DNA of 64,000 nucleotides from Anthoceros angustus (taxonomy: Eukaryota > Plantae > Anthocerotophyta). The DNA lies in the NCBI GenBank assembly GCA_010909165.1, contig MU008196.1:310001-374000 (forward strand), in the 5' to 3' direction. The notes under the pieces are model-generated. The model was not told the DNA's origin. It saw only the letters and a program-made list of their open reading frames with translations, and made no database searches. Below are positions 22,629-35,779 of this stretch, in pieces. The stretch's first letter is position 1, and each line of letters opens with the position of its first letter. The position numbers were made by a program, and so were the translations under genes.

Positions 22629-25600
22629 TTGTGTGGCCGCCTGGCACATCCAAAGGCAAAGTGCGCTTTGGCGGTAACTTCCTTTCGAGCTAAGGCGAAC
22701 TCACTTCCCAAGAGACGAGGGCGGAGCGCAAAGAGCCGGAGGAGAAGGCCCATTGCGCGTCGCGACAACGAGAGGAAGGCGGCGAAGGAGAAGACCCTAG
22801 CGGGAAAGGAGAAAAGGAGGCGGCAAGCACGAGCGCTCGCAGAAGCTCTTGAATCGGAAAGAGACACATTGAAGGAGGCACGCGAGCGCGAGTTGGGGCG
22901 GAAGGCAAGGTGAAGGAGGCGAGAGTAGAAGGAGGAAAATCACCACACCGCGGCGGAGAAGAAATCAAGGGCGGCGGCCGAGGCTCAAGAGGCTAACGTG
23001 TGCTTGTGCCTCGGTCGAGTCGCTGCGACGAGAAAAGGAGTGTTTGGAGGTGAAGCTTGAGCACAACTGAAATTGGGAAGTAATCCTCTTTGCGAGGAGT
23101 AAGGAAGGTGCCATGCCTCGAGTGGAAAGGCAAGGGAAAGGAGCCGCTGCAAGGGCTCCTCCTCGAGAAGGAAAGGAAAGAAAAGCGGTGCCGGGAGAGG
23201 TGAACTTGTGATGCCCCAATTCACTTGCTTTGCGGGCAGCAACCCCGAGATTTGGTTGATTTTGGTGGAGGAGGAGAACATCCAACTAGGATGGGTGTAT
23301 GGCCGCCAATGGGCCTACACCAATTTGGAATTGATTGAGGAGTGTTACATCAACCTCCATCAATCGGGCGCCCTGCGCTCTAGGAAGGAATGCTAGAACG
23401 GATCCCATTGTTGGACCGTGAGAAGTATTCGACAGTGTATGGAAGACCGGAGGAAGAAAGCTCGGTGCTCTCCTCGAAAGGTTGAATGGAGGAAGAGGAC
23501 ATCCGACATCCCGCAGAGTTCCTTGACATGATGGATGGAGGAGTGAAGGCCCACGCCAAGAATGGCTGGAAGACCGAGAGCATCAAGGAGTCAAGTGGAG
23601 GCTCTTCGCAAAGATTGTGCTGGGGTTGGTAAATTACCAACGCACTCTTATTTCAAAGACCAACTTCCTCCAATTTTGTGGAAGATTTCCATGGGAGCCA
23701 AGCCGGATTGGGGACTATCATGTATGAAGCGTACATACACCATCGAGAGAAGCTCCTCAAGCCAAATTCGGTGGATGAGGAAGGACCAAGGCCTGCTATC
23801 TTAGCACCTATTTGGTGCATTTATGGGAAACCGAGGGACTCCTCACAAGCAAGGAGCTTGAAGATGCATGGCATCCCTTTGAGGTCATCCATCTCCAGTG
23901 AGGTTGGAAAGGCCTTTGCCTTTGCATTGCGCGAGGCGGTGGGAGGTCGACCTCCACAAAATGCTAGAGGCAAGAGGAGAAGGTTCGAGGCAACAAAGTT
24001 GCCGAGTGGGAATCCTTTCCCCAGCAAGCAAGGGAAGAAGAGAGCGGCCGAAGGCCGGATGGTGGTCTATGAGAGAAGGACCACGGGAGGGGTGACCCAG
24101 AGTGGGGAGTCCCCACCATCTCCTTTGTGCCTACGAGAGAGGCACCCGGCAGACTACCCGGTGGCGGTCTACCCAAGGGGGTGGGCAGCCTACCGTGGTA
24201 GGCGTCACCTACCATGGTAGGGCGAGACTACCAGTGGGGGAGCAGCCTACGCAGCACGCCCTCGTGGAAGGGAAGGAAGGAGAAACAGCAGCGCATGGGC
24301 GCCGAAACCATCTCCGCTGGGTGGGAGGCGGATGGAGCGTGAAGGGACCCGCGCGATGGCCCGAGAGGTGCGGAGAGCTGGAGATTTCCAGCAAGAAGAA
24401 AGAAGGGGTGGAATTAGGACCCCTAGGAGAATCTTGGGTGCTTGTGAAGCACTCACCGTGTGGATTTGAAGGGGCTAGAGAAACAGCCACCCTTGTGGGC
24501 ATGCCAAGAAGAAAGAAGGGGTGGAATTAGGACCCCTAGGAGAATTCTTTGGGTGCTTGTGAAGCACTCACCGTGTGGATTTGAAGGGGCTAGAGCGCCT
24601 TCCTTGTGGGCATGTCAAGAAGTGAAATCTCAAGACATGGCCGGGAAGGGGACCAAATGGCAATTGGAGGCCATGGAGTCCGACGAGAAGGCAGCCAAGG
24701 AAAAGGTCAGGAGAAGCTCCAGCGACCTTATGGATCAGTGGCGGAGAAGGTCTTGGAGGGAGGTTGGCTCAAACCAAGAAAGAGCCATCCGAGCAACCAC
24801 CCAACGAGACTCATGGAGAGGCAGGAGCATTTTGCCCAATTAGAGCAAGAGCGAAAGGGCAAAACAGAGGCTCTCGGAAGGGAGAAGGTAGCGGTCCAAG
24901 AATGGACGCAAGCAGTGATGGCTACAAGCCATCCATCCGGACATGAAGGAAGAGTTGAGAAGAGCCCGGTTTAGTTTGGAGAAGGTCTTGGAGGGAGGTT
25001 GTCAAGCGAAGAAAGAGCCATCCGAGCAACCAACGAGATTCATGGAGAAAAGGCGGAGGAGCATTTTGCCCAATTAGAGCAAGAGCGAAGGGCAAAACAG
25101 AGGCTCTCGGAAGGAGAAGGTAGCGGTCCAAAGAATGGACGCCAGAACAGTGATGGCTACAAGCCATCCATCCGGACATGAAGGAAGAGTTGAGAAGAGC
25201 CGGTTTAGTTTGGAAGAGCGCCAGCTGGAAATTCAAAACCAGAACTGAGGCGCGCGAGAAAGATGCTTGGCAAGCGGAGGGAAGGGCTTGCTCAATAGAG
25301 GACTTGGAAGGAAAAGGTCTCGGGAGGAGTACCACAAGAAAGTGGTACATAGAATCTTGGTAGTAAGGAAGCGAGGTTTTGGGCGATTATGCCCTTCAGC
25401 AAAATTGGCCAGCCTAAAGGAAGCAAGGGAGGAGAATGTGACCTCCATGTCAAGGTGGGGAATTGACCACCTCAAGGGACGCCTACAAAGGTAGGTGTGA
25501 AGATGGAGAGTGGCCACGGAGATTGATGATCTCCAAATGCAATATCATAGCTTGGGGCTCACCTCCACAATAGAATTTTGAAGGCCAACAATGAGATCTT

Positions 25601-26300
25601 GCGTTTGGCCAAGAGGAGGACATTGGGTCCTCATGATGATGATGAAGAAGGAGTGCGGCCGAGGCCTCCGATTTTGATGAGGCCATCGAAATGGACTCCG
25701 AGGAACTGAGGAGTCGAGGTCGGAGGCGAAGGGAGCGCCAAAGGTAGAAGGTGGCGCAGAGCAAGGAGGGGAAAGCCCACCCTCCTGGGGGGTCAACCTA
25801 CCACGGTGGGTGACCACCTACCACGTAGTCCGCGGACTACCGTGGTGGCCACACGCCGGTAGTCCCGGACTACCATGGTAGGTAGGCAGTGCCCGCTGAG
25901 GGGAGTCGGGGCCCGCGAGGCTGGGATGAAGGAGGGGAAAGCCCACCTCCGGGGTCAACCTACCACGGTGGGTGACCACCTACCACGTAGTCCGCGACTA
26001 CCGTGGTAGACCACACGCCAGTCGCCGGACTACCGGTAGTGCCGTGGGCGGAGGAGTCCAACGCAAGAAGGCCGAGGATGAAGGAGCCGGGGGGTCCGGT
26101 AGTATACCCCCTGGAGGAGCAGTTGGGGTGGTGGGAGAGACAACCCCACCGGAGGAGACTAAGGACGGGGTCCGACCCGTCGAGGAAGGGGGAGGGGTGA
26201 GAAGTTCCCTCGCCCCACGGATAAGGGAGGAGCCAGGGGGAGGAGACCAAGAAGGCCCGGAGAGTTACATGGTGGCGGTGGGAAGATTCTTTGCTCTATG
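22629..26300 (+). pseudogene. U3-encoded ORF in the Gypsy-A 5' LTR (roughly 1000 aa, many frameshifts): basic N-terminus, conserved central domain, coiled coil
   Basis: MPQFTCFAGSNP, ENIQLGWVYGRQWAYTNLELIEECYINL, WRLFAKIVLGLVNYQR, PDWGTIMYEAY and AHLHNRILKANNEILRLAKRRTLGPHDDD recovered across frames. Boundaries approximate. Confidence 0.75.
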
Positions 26301-26858
26301 ATAGGTATGGACAAACCAACAGGAAGAGCAAAGATCTCACCCGAGACATCACCGATGAGGAAGAAGAAGGAGATAGGTACGACTACCATGGTAGGTAGTC
26401 ACCTACCCGAGTCTGCCCGGACTACCGCGTAGGGTCGACAGGGCGGCGCGGAGTGGAAAAAGGCGCCTAGGTGCGCGAGGATGGAAGATACAGACTTTAG
26501 GCGCCGCCCCGCGGAGATGGAGGAAGGGGCAGATGGTACTTGCCCCACACATTAGGAAGCGACAAGATCCGGGAAGGGACAGAGCAAAAGGAGGGCGAGG
26601 AGCCAATCCCCAAGGGACATGTCACCACCCCAGATAAGACTAAGAATGGTCAATGACCATAAATGAGCTTTGGAACGGAAGGATAGGTGGTGTACGACAT
26701 CCTTCAAGGATGGTCTTAGGTGAAGTTACTAGAATAGAATTTACCAAGGATCGACAATAGACTTAGGTGCCGACATTAAAGTCTGTAGGAAATAATAGAA
26801 AATTGGAAAAGGTGACTGCAGAGGGTCACCCAAGGGAGGTTGTATGTGGAAGGCCTCC

Positions 26859-26864
26859 TATAAG
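26859..26864 (+). promoter_or_regulatory. Candidate main LTR TATA box (also 39806-39811; LTR-B about 12118-12125 minus; LTR-G about 47908-47913 minus)
   Basis: TATAAG/TATAAAAG located 845-945 bp from the LTR 3' end in all three families. Confidence 0.6.
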
Positions 26865-27667
26865 AGGAGGAGGATTTCACAAAGTAAAGTATCATGTCTT
26901 GCGCTTCCACGCTCGAGTCCTTTGCCATTACAGAGGAATTTCGTGGTGTGAGCCAACACAGTCGTAGAGAGGAAGTCGCGGTGGTCGGAGTGCTTGGTGG
27001 AGGACTTGCTCGCAAGTGCCTAAACGAGTTGCTCCCTTGTGAATGGTTCTGTGAAATTGCTTTGCTTTGGGTGTGTGGCAAATGCCCAGAACTCTCGGCT
27101 TGAGGGTAGACTACAGGAAAGACTCCGGAGGTTCTCATTGTCTGTGTCAAACTCATAGCAACCGCCCAAGGAAGAACTTGCTGGTGGAGGCGGACCCAGG
27201 CGGTTGTCAGTAAGGCGAAGAAACCAAGAAGCCCGAGGTTAGAACTAGGAGGAAGAGGATGAGGAGATGAGAAGATGAGTAGAGGATTAGAGGTGTAGGT
27301 GTTAGTGGAAGGCCACAGGCGAGCCTAAGGGACGAATCCCAAACTGCAAGTAAAGAGCTCCCGAGTGGAGAAGTGGTCTTAGAAGTAGGGACGAAATCGC
27401 GGTGTGAACTGGGGTCCCGGCGCCCGTGGTAGGCTCTTCTTCGGCGGACCCGCAATTGTGTTGTGTCGTTGTAGGTCAAGTTTGGTCTTAGAAGTAGGGA
27501 CGAAATCGCGTGTGAACTGGGGTCCCGGCGCCGTGGTAGGCTCCTTCCAGCGGACCCAATTGTTTTGTGTCGTTGTGGGTCGAGGTTGGCGATTTTCAAG
27601 CGGCAAGTGGTGCACGTGAGAGGGAGAGTAGGTGCCTTGCTTGGAGAGTTGTGGAAGGTAGCGATTG

Positions 27668-28966
27668 GTGACCACAAGGCCTCGAACTTTCACACAAGTC
27701 TCATGGGACGAAACCCAACGTCTGGGCGAGTGGGATAAGTGTGGCCGCTATAGTGGGAGGACCTGGGAGTGCCCGGATTCTCCCTACCACATTTTTGGCC
27801 GCGGGACTTGTTGTTGAAAGGTTGAAGTTTTGTGGTTTCCATCGCTAGTAGCATGCTTGAGAAGGGATGAGTCGACCATGTGTGAGAAGGAATTTCACGC
27901 CTTTAGTTGTCATAGGGGTGACTGGTTGAGACACTAAACGGGGTGTGATTTGCTTCCTTCTTAACACCTGTGGGTTGGAGGACATGAGGATGGTTGCAGA
28001 TGTCGGATAGGGGTCGATCTCGGGAGATACACGCGGAAGGTCACCACCGCCACCGCGAGATTTACGAGCTTACGAAGAAACCGCTAAGGGAAGAGACCGC
28101 TACGCCACTCGTGGGCGGGAGGAAGTAGAGACACGGCGCGGAGGAAGTCGCCGTGACAAGGCGGCGGAGGTGCGAACGGCAGGGGGAAAAAGGAAGAAGA
28201 GGCGAGATCACCCGAGAGGAAGGAGGTCGAGAAGAGAAGGTGTCCGTGGCGAGGAAGGGCGCTCCTCCGAGGTTAACCGCCGCGAACGCCCGCGACGCTT
28301 TGCTTCTCAAAGCGGTGACCACAAGGCCTCGAACTTTCACACAAGTCTCATGGGACGAAACCCAACGAGCGACGGGATAAGTGTGGCTATAGTGGGAGGA
28401 CCTGGGAGTGCCCGGATTCTCCCTACCACATTTTTGGCGCGCTGTCGGGACTTGTTGAAAGGTTGAAGTTTTGTGGTTTCCATCGCTAGGTCAGCATGCT
28501 TGAGAAGGGACCGAGGTCGACCATGTGTTGAGAAGGAAGATCACACCTTTAGTTGTCATAGGGGTGAATGGTTGAGACACTAGAGGGTGTGGTTTCCTTC
28601 TTAACACCGTGGGTTGGAGGACATGAGGATGGTTGCGGATGTCGATAGGGGTCGATCTCGGGAGATACACGCGAAGGTCACCACCGCCACCGCGAGATTT
28701 ACGAGCCACGAAGAAACCGCTAAGGGAAGAGACACCGCCGCCACTCGGAGGAAGTAGAGACACGAGACGGAGGAAGTCGCCGTGAAAGGCGACGGAGGTG
28801 CGGAACGATGCAGGGGAGAAGGAGGAGGAAGAGGCGAGATCACCGGCGAGAGAGGAAGGAGGTCGAGAAGAGAAGCCGTGGATTTAGGAAGGGTCGCGCC
28901 TCCGAGCACGAGTTACCGCTCACACCGCCGCGAACGCCCGCGACGCTTTGCTTCTCAAAGCGGTGA
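27668..28966 (+). repeat. Tandem duplication (about 650 bp) of LTR end, PBS and 5' leader
   Basis: 27668-28315 repeated as 28316-28966, junction at the shared GGTGAC. Confidence 0.8.
28431..28450 (+). other. Gypsy-A primer-binding site, tRNA-Asp-like (degenerate duplicate at 27792-27806)
   Basis: TTTTTGGCGCGCTGTCGGGA after the LTR end. Related copies give consensus TGGCGCCGTTGCCGGGGA, complementary to the plant tRNA-Asp 3' end (the Athila-type PBS). Confidence 0.65.
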
Positions 28967-29099
28967 CACCACCTCATCTTCCTGAAAGGCGGTGGCGACG
29001 AGGTCGCCGAGCGGGAGTTTCGTGCTTGGTCGGAGGATTTGGCGGAACGACTCGATCGAATCGCTGGTCGATTGATCTTTGGGACGAACTAGAGGGAGG

Positions 29100-31450
29100 T
29101 CGCTACTCCTCGAAGATTTTCGTGCTCAAGGATCCCGATTTGTTTCCTACCCCGGAGAGGAGTGTTGGTCCAGCGTGGACACTCCGAGCAACATGAGTGG
29201 AGTTGGTGGAGGAGGAGGACCAACTTCATAGTCGCCAGAATACGCCAAATTCGGCGAGAAGAAAAGGGAGATGATGCGGAGGTGTTCGTCAGGACTTTCG
29301 AGCACGTCTCCCACGCAAATTTAGAGGATGGAGTCGCCGAGCGCGCATCTTTCCGGACTGAGGGCATGCCCAATGGTATGGTCGCACATATAATTCAAGC
29401 CGATTGGGAAGCTCTTAAGGCCTTCTTGAATCGGTTCCGAGGGCTCACGCACACCACACTTTGGCCAAGTTGAGAACCCTCCAAGGAAGAAACGAGAGTC
29501 GTTGTTCGATTATGTGGAGAGGTTTTATGGATATCCGGATCGGGTTCAAATGTGCACCCGAGAGGCCGGAGATCCACCCACTGGTACTCACAAGAACAAG
29601 CGTTGGATTGGTTTGTGAGTGGCTTGTCACGAAAATGGAGGTACACTGCAGCGGGCGAAGGCGTTGGCGGGGGCCTCCGCTTAGCCGAGGAATGGGAGTC
29701 CCGGGAGAAGGAGGAAGAAGAGGCGAGTCATAAGAAGAGGAAAGGATCGAGGAGATCTCCTCGTCTTCTACCTCCTCCAGCTCGTCGCCTCTTCCTCATC
29801 GAAGTGAGGAGCGGAACTCAAGAAAGCTCCACATCGGATGAGGAATCGGAGAAGGCCTACGAACGAATGAGGAAGGACCGAGAAGGTCAAAACGACAAGA
29901 GGAGGCGGGGCGCGCATTGGAGAAGGAGAGGAAAGGGAAGACGGTCCGTCGGATGGAGAAGGGAGAAACGTCTGCCGGGGAGGAGGATTATTGGACAAGT
30001 GGAGGCTTTGACCAAGATTGACCGAGTTGGAGGTCAAGGCGTGAAGAATCAAGCTCCACGAAGATCTCCTTCACCGAGGCTTGGTGTATTGCTCGATCGT
30101 CATCAAACGGGACACACCAACCGAATGTATTGCACGCGACACGCGGTAAATCATGTGGAAACCGTATGCCGGGATTATTGGTATGTGGACGGGCGTACGG
30201 TACAAGCGGTCACTCGAAGTCGACCACCTCAATCAATGAGAGCGACTTACCAGCCGACTGCACCAGTCCCCTCAAGGTATGGCTCACGTCCGACATCGCC
30301 GGGACAATGGAGACCAGATCCGTCACAGCGACCGATGGCAATTCCACAGGGGTGCTGTTACAATTGCGGAGCCCCAGGACACTACTCGAACGAATGCCCA
30401 GAACCACGGAAGCAAGTAGGTTATGTACCCTTTTGCCAGGTATGTAAGGAATTGGGACATAAAATGGGGGACCCCAGATGCACGGGGGGCGAGTGACACC
30501 AGCCAGGGGTCGTTACCAGCTGGGCGGAGAGGCCGACAACACTCCGCATCACCGTGACCACAACACCGGTGTTGAAGGTGGAGGCGAGTATGATTCCCTC
30601 GAGGGATCGATGTGACAGACGCCGTGGAAGAGGAAGGGAAGACGGTCCGTCGGATGGAGAAGGGAGAAACGTCAGGAGGAGGGATTGCGGACAAGTGGAG
30701 GCTTTGACCAAGATTGACCGAGTTGGAGGTCAAGGCGTGAAGAATCAAGCTCCACGAAGATCTCCTTCGCCAGGGCGCTTGGTGTATTGCTCAATTTGTC
30801 ATCAAACGGGACACACCAACCGAATGTATTCGCACCGCACACGCGTAAATCATGTGGAAACCGTATGCCGGAGATTATTGGTATGGACGAGCACAGTGCA
30901 AGTCACCGGCCACCACCTCAATCAATGAGCGACTTACCAACCGACACACCCTCAAGGTATGGCTCACGTCCGACATCGCCAGACAATGGAGACCGATCCA
31001 TCGCACCGATGGCAATTCCAGGTGTTGTTACAATTGCGGAGCCCGTGACACTACTCGAATGCCCGTAACCACGGAAGCAAGTAGGTTATGTACCCTTTTG
31101 CTGGAATTGGGACATAAAATGGGGACCCCAGATGCACGGGTGACGCGAGTGACACCAGCGACACTGTGAGTCGACGACGAGCCAGCGGAAGAGGAGGCAC
31201 GACCCAACACCGAAACCGAATCACCACAACACCGGTGTTGAAGGTGGAGGCGGAGTACGATTCTCGAGGGATCCAGACGCCGTGATCGTGGAAGAGGATG
31301 AGGAGAAATAAGCGGATGAAAGGTTGATGGTGGCCGGTGTAACCACATCGGGCCGCGAGAAAAGGCGGATCGGAAAACGGCGATGAGGAAAGGAAGCGGA
31401 GGAAGGTGAGGATGACTCACCATGGCCTCGGGCCCCGTTCAGCGCCCGAG
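29100..31450 (+). pseudogene. Gypsy-A gag (frameshifted; about 690-bp internal duplication)
   Basis: DDAEVFVRTFEHVSHANLED, DWEALKAFLNRF, knuckles CYNCGAPGHYSNEC and CQVCKELGHKMGDPRC. Confidence 0.85.
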
Positions 31451-31849
31451 CAGAAGCCAGGAGGCGGGCACTACCGGCAGCACCCCAGATAGACCCGCAG
31501 ACTACCTCGGCGGGCGGGGCGAAGGACCAAAGGAGGAGGAACGAACGCTTCCTCCCGACATTAGTCGAAGTAGCGGCAATGCGGAAGATGAATTAAACAG
31601 CTCACCCGACAGAAGGGTCGCAGAGCCGAATTGATCCGGGTATGGGAACCCACCGATAGGAGGGTCATGGAATCGAAACTTTACCAATAAGGTCGGAGTC
31701 GACCGGTGTGCAAGCGGGAGGAAACTTTGTCGGATAAAATCTCCGCCGTTACTTGACCGCGAATTTGTGGTCAGTCTGAGACAGTTGCTTGCGGTAAGTC
31801 CAAGATCCCGCAAAATTGTGAAGGAGGCGATCAGGGGAATCCCTGAAGC

Positions 31850-34800
31850 AGTAGGAGGGAGAAATCGGCGGAGGTAAATGTGGTCGAACTCGTTGATTTA
31901 GGGGCACCCGAGATTGAGGTTGAGATTGCGGGGTGTTTGGTGCCCGACGTGCCATTAGATTCGGGATCAGGAGTCAACTTGATGACGGAGGAGACGGCTC
32001 ATCAACTCGGATTCACTGAGTTTCACCCGGCCCGAGTATTTTTACGGATGGCCGACCAGACAAGGAGAAAGCCACTGGGGGTGCTGAGGAACGTGCCCAC
32101 TGTAATTGGGGGACTCACCTTCCATCTTACCTACATTGTGATGCGACCGGTTTCAGATTTAGGCTATAAGGTTTTGATAGGTAGGCCTTGGTTGTATGGT
32201 ACTGCGTGTGTTTTTGATTTTGGTCGTAGTGGCATCACCTTCAAGTCCGAGAACGGACTGCGGCGATTGCTTTTGTGTCATGGAGTAAGGCTCCTTATGA
32301 GGGGAGTGCAACCCATCACGGGGTACACCTCGTAGCACGGGGTAAGCTCCTCGGGCTCGAGCATATCGGGGTCCCTCTGAGGTCGCCAAATAAAGAGTGA
32401 TTTGGTGTATACTGCTTACATATAGAGGAAGCCATAGAGGAGTCTGAGGATGAGGCCCATAGAGAAGGAGTAGCCTTTTGGAAGGGCAGGGCTTATGAGC
32501 GAGACTTTCCGGAAGAGGGATCCGGAACCAGTATAGGCAGCAGTCCAGAAGGAACATATGTAGATCCCGATGCGGTAGAAGACCTAGAGTTAGAACCTAG
32601 CAAGGTAGTCAAGATTTCTAAGTACCTAGGCGGATAGAAGATGAGTTTCAGAGGGTCCTTAGAGAATATGTTGATGTGTTTGCCTTCAAGATTACCGACA
32701 TGACAGATACCGGAAGAACGGGATACATCGAATAGATTTGAAGGAGGGCAAGACTCACGGATCAAGCAATACTGAATCCCAAGTATTCCATGGTTGTTAA
32801 GGATCATCGACCAATACTTGGAGGTGGGTGATTTATCCGGTGCTCACCGGTGAGTGGGTCGCCCCATCGTGATTGTACCAAAGCGGCAGGAAAGGTTCGG
32901 GTGTGTCAGAGAAACTCAACGAGGCAACGAAGAAGGATCATCACCCTTTACCTTTCATGGACAAATACACGATGGTGGCCATGTGGATTCTTGGATGGTA
33001 TTCGGTACAATCAAATTTCGCTAAGGAGGATCAGGACAAAACAACGTTCACGACGGATTGGGGAACTTATGCCTATTCGAAGCTCCCTTTCGGCTTGTGC
33101 AATGCCCCGGCCACTTTCCAGCGGGTAGTGAACGCGATCTTCCGAGACTTTCTGAGGAAGTTCATGGAGGTATTCCTAGATGATTTCTGTGTATTTGGGA
33201 GAAGGAACTTGCATTTAGACCATTTGAGGCAATGCTTTAAATGCAGAGTCGAACATGAAACTTCATCCGTGAAGTGTTATTTTGGCATGACGGAGGGCAT
33301 TCTATTAGCACATCGAGTTTCACGAGGATTGCGGTAGATAAAGAGAAGGTAGCTGATACGAGATGGACGCACCCGCAAAGGCGCAGCTTTTGTAGGGCTA
33401 GTGGGGTATTACAGAGGTTCATCAAGGATTTCGCCAAGAAGGCGGCCTTGTTGACACAATTAACCAAAAGGATACACCCTTCGAATGGACGACGCGACAG
33501 AGGCTTTCGCAGTTGAAGGACTTGGTGAGCGCACCAACTTTACAACCGCCGGATTGGGAAGCCGTTTCATGTATACGTGGATGTGTCCGCCCGCTATTGG
33601 GACCGTCTTCGAAGATGAGAAGAAACGGATCATCCGATTTTCTATGCGGTAGACAACTCACGGATCGAAAAGAACTACTCAACCACGGAGCGGGAGGGTC
33701 TTGGTATCATTTACTCGTAAGAAGTTTAGACACTATCCGCTTGCAAGGTGACGCTTCATGTCATTTTGCGTTGAAGTATCTTGTCAACAAGCGATTTGTC
33801 GGAAGGATCGGATGGGTATTCTGCAAGAGTTTGACTATGACGAGAAGGAGGAAGCAACATCGAATGCTGATTTCATTTCTCAAGACCGGAGAGCGACTTG
33901 AGCCACGGATGATCGATTTCGAGGAGTTGGTTACCATGACCCAAGTCAAGGGAAGGAGGTGAGCATGTTGTCGAAGGCCTAAGAATTGATCAGCAAACCT
34001 TGCCCGAGAGGCCAAGAGCAAGAAGGAGCGTTGTGCAGAAAAAGCAGCAGGACAATTTAAATCCGAGGGGAGAGGATGGCGCCAGCATGGGCGCAAGGAG
34101 GAGGCTGAATGCTCCTCAAGGGTGAGCAGCGGAGGCTGCAAGTGGAGGCCACACGTTGGCAAAAGGAAGCAGAGCGGACATGAGGCAGTTTTGAAGCGAG
34201 GATGGAAGCCGAGGCGCCATGAGGGCGAGGAGGAGACGCCCAGTGGGCAGAGGCGAGGAAGGAGATCCCATGACAAGTTTAGAAAATTGCGGAGGAGTTG
34301 CAGATGTGGGCAATCCTCAAAATGACCATGGAGGTGCAACAAGTCGAGGAGGTCGCCATGGAGCACGAGATGGACCCAGACACGGTTGGGCGGCAGGACG
34401 AAATCAACAATGAAGGAAGAACATGCGACGACGTTGAGGAACGCAAGATGGGGAAGGGAAGCCGTGGCCGAGGATGGATACACGCCATCGGAGCCATTAA
34501 CGAACGTCCTAGGAGGAGGAGACACACCGGAAGGAGAAGATTAGACCGCGAGGGGCGTTCATGCCCGAGGTATTTGTTGAGCGGTGAAGTACGTAAATTC
34601 TCGGAGCATGGCATCATGCCGGATGGGTTGTCAAGGAAGGCGGTCTTTCTCCATAAAGCCCCCTCATCGGAAGGTGTCCCAAACTTGGGCGACGAAAGAT
34701 CCGACTGTCTCGGCTAAGGAGGCCTCGTCACGAGGCGTTACATGCGTAAGAGGCGGTGGACACTATTCGTGCAGTGACCGTTAAGAAGATTTTGAATGCG

Positions 34801-35768
34801 GGTTTTGGTGGCTACGATGCAAAAGGATGTGTGGGAGTTCACCCGAGGTGTGATGCGTGTCGAGGGTTGGGCGGCCTACGTTGTCGACACAATGGCCTCT
34901 TACCTACATCCCGCGCTCCCTGGAGAAGTGGGGAATCGATTTCAGAGGGGCCGATCAAACCACCAACGCAATGGACGAGGAAGCGGTACATTTTGGTGGC
35001 TACGGATTATTGTACAAAGATGGTGGAAGCAAGCAAGGAAGGACGACGCTGCGTAGCCAAGTTTCTATTCGAGAACATCATAACGTATGGATGTCCTTTA
35101 GAGTTGGTCACCGGGGACACATTTCCTCAACTCGGTCGTTGAATCACTGACCACCTACTTCAACATTCGGCATCGAAAGACGACCCCCTACAACCCCAAA
35201 GCGAATGGATTAACGGAGAAGACGAATGGGTTGCTACGCACAATCCTCACCAAGGTGACTGTGACACACATGTATGATTGGGATGCTAAGTTGCATTCGG
35301 CATTGTGGGCTTACAGGACCGGAAAAGGTAACCACCAAAAGACCCTTATTATCTAACGATGGCATGTCACCGTGATGCCGTGGAATTTGAAGTACCCACC
35401 TCTGAATCATGGAGGACGAGATGACCGTAGAGGATAGCGTAGTTAGACTAGAATCATTCATAGAGCAGGAGAACGTAGGGAGGATGCTTTAGAAGAAACC
35501 AATGATTCGTGAACTCGTAAAAGGCGGCATGATGGGAGGTTGAGGAAGCAAGAGGCTATCGTGGACGGGATTTGGTTCTTCTATATGATAGTCGGTACCT
35601 AGACTTTCCAGGAAGCTTAGGCTAAGGTGGATGGGACCTTACGAGGTGGTCGCAGATACGAGAATGGATCCTGCAACTCCGGGTCTGGGCGGCATCACCG
35701 AGTCAATGGGTGGAAGGTCAAGAAGTACCTCCACCGAGTACTGTTGTTTGCGAGGACGCAAACAGTGA
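31850..35768 (+). pseudogene. Gypsy-A pol: protease, RT, RNase H, integrase
   Basis: LDSGSGVNLM...VLIGRPWL (PR); KTTFTTDWGTYAYSKLPFGLCNAPATFQR and VFLDDF (RT); LQEFD (RH); EKWGIDF and GPY/F region (INT). Confidence 0.92.
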
Positions 35769-35777
35769 GGTGGGGAG
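35767..35777 (+). other. Gypsy-A polypurine tract
   Basis: GAGGTGGGGAG-TA-TGTGG; the same junction GAGGAGGGGAG-TA-TGTGG occurs in element B' at 52372. Confidence 0.8.
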
Positions 35778-35779
35778 TA

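Larger units (their letters stand above)
22223..27791 (+). repeat. Gypsy-A 5' LTR (5569 bp)
   Basis: Colinear with 35780-40750 over its full length; carries extra local duplications (about 24394-24612 and about 24740-25210). Confidence 0.9.

Noticed and set aside
27462-27476. tRNA-Asp fragment (GTCGTTGTAG matches the tRNA 5' end)
   Set aside because: Only about 10 nt, with no cloverleaf or B-box context; treated as chance.
27700-27725. Hammerhead ribozyme (ctcatgg-gac-gaaac-ccaac-gtc)
   Set aside because: The CUGAUGA core is absent, and the stem I and A15.1-U16.1 pairings cannot be formed. Kept only as a generic structured motif.
26877-27791. Short (about 0.9 kb) LTR with an Athila-style ORF2 outside it, in a tandem LTR-sharing array
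   Set aside because: The TSD ACGCC, TGTGG/CCACA termini and the PPT at 35767 all define the 5-kb repeat as the LTR; the 0.9-kb part is R-U5.
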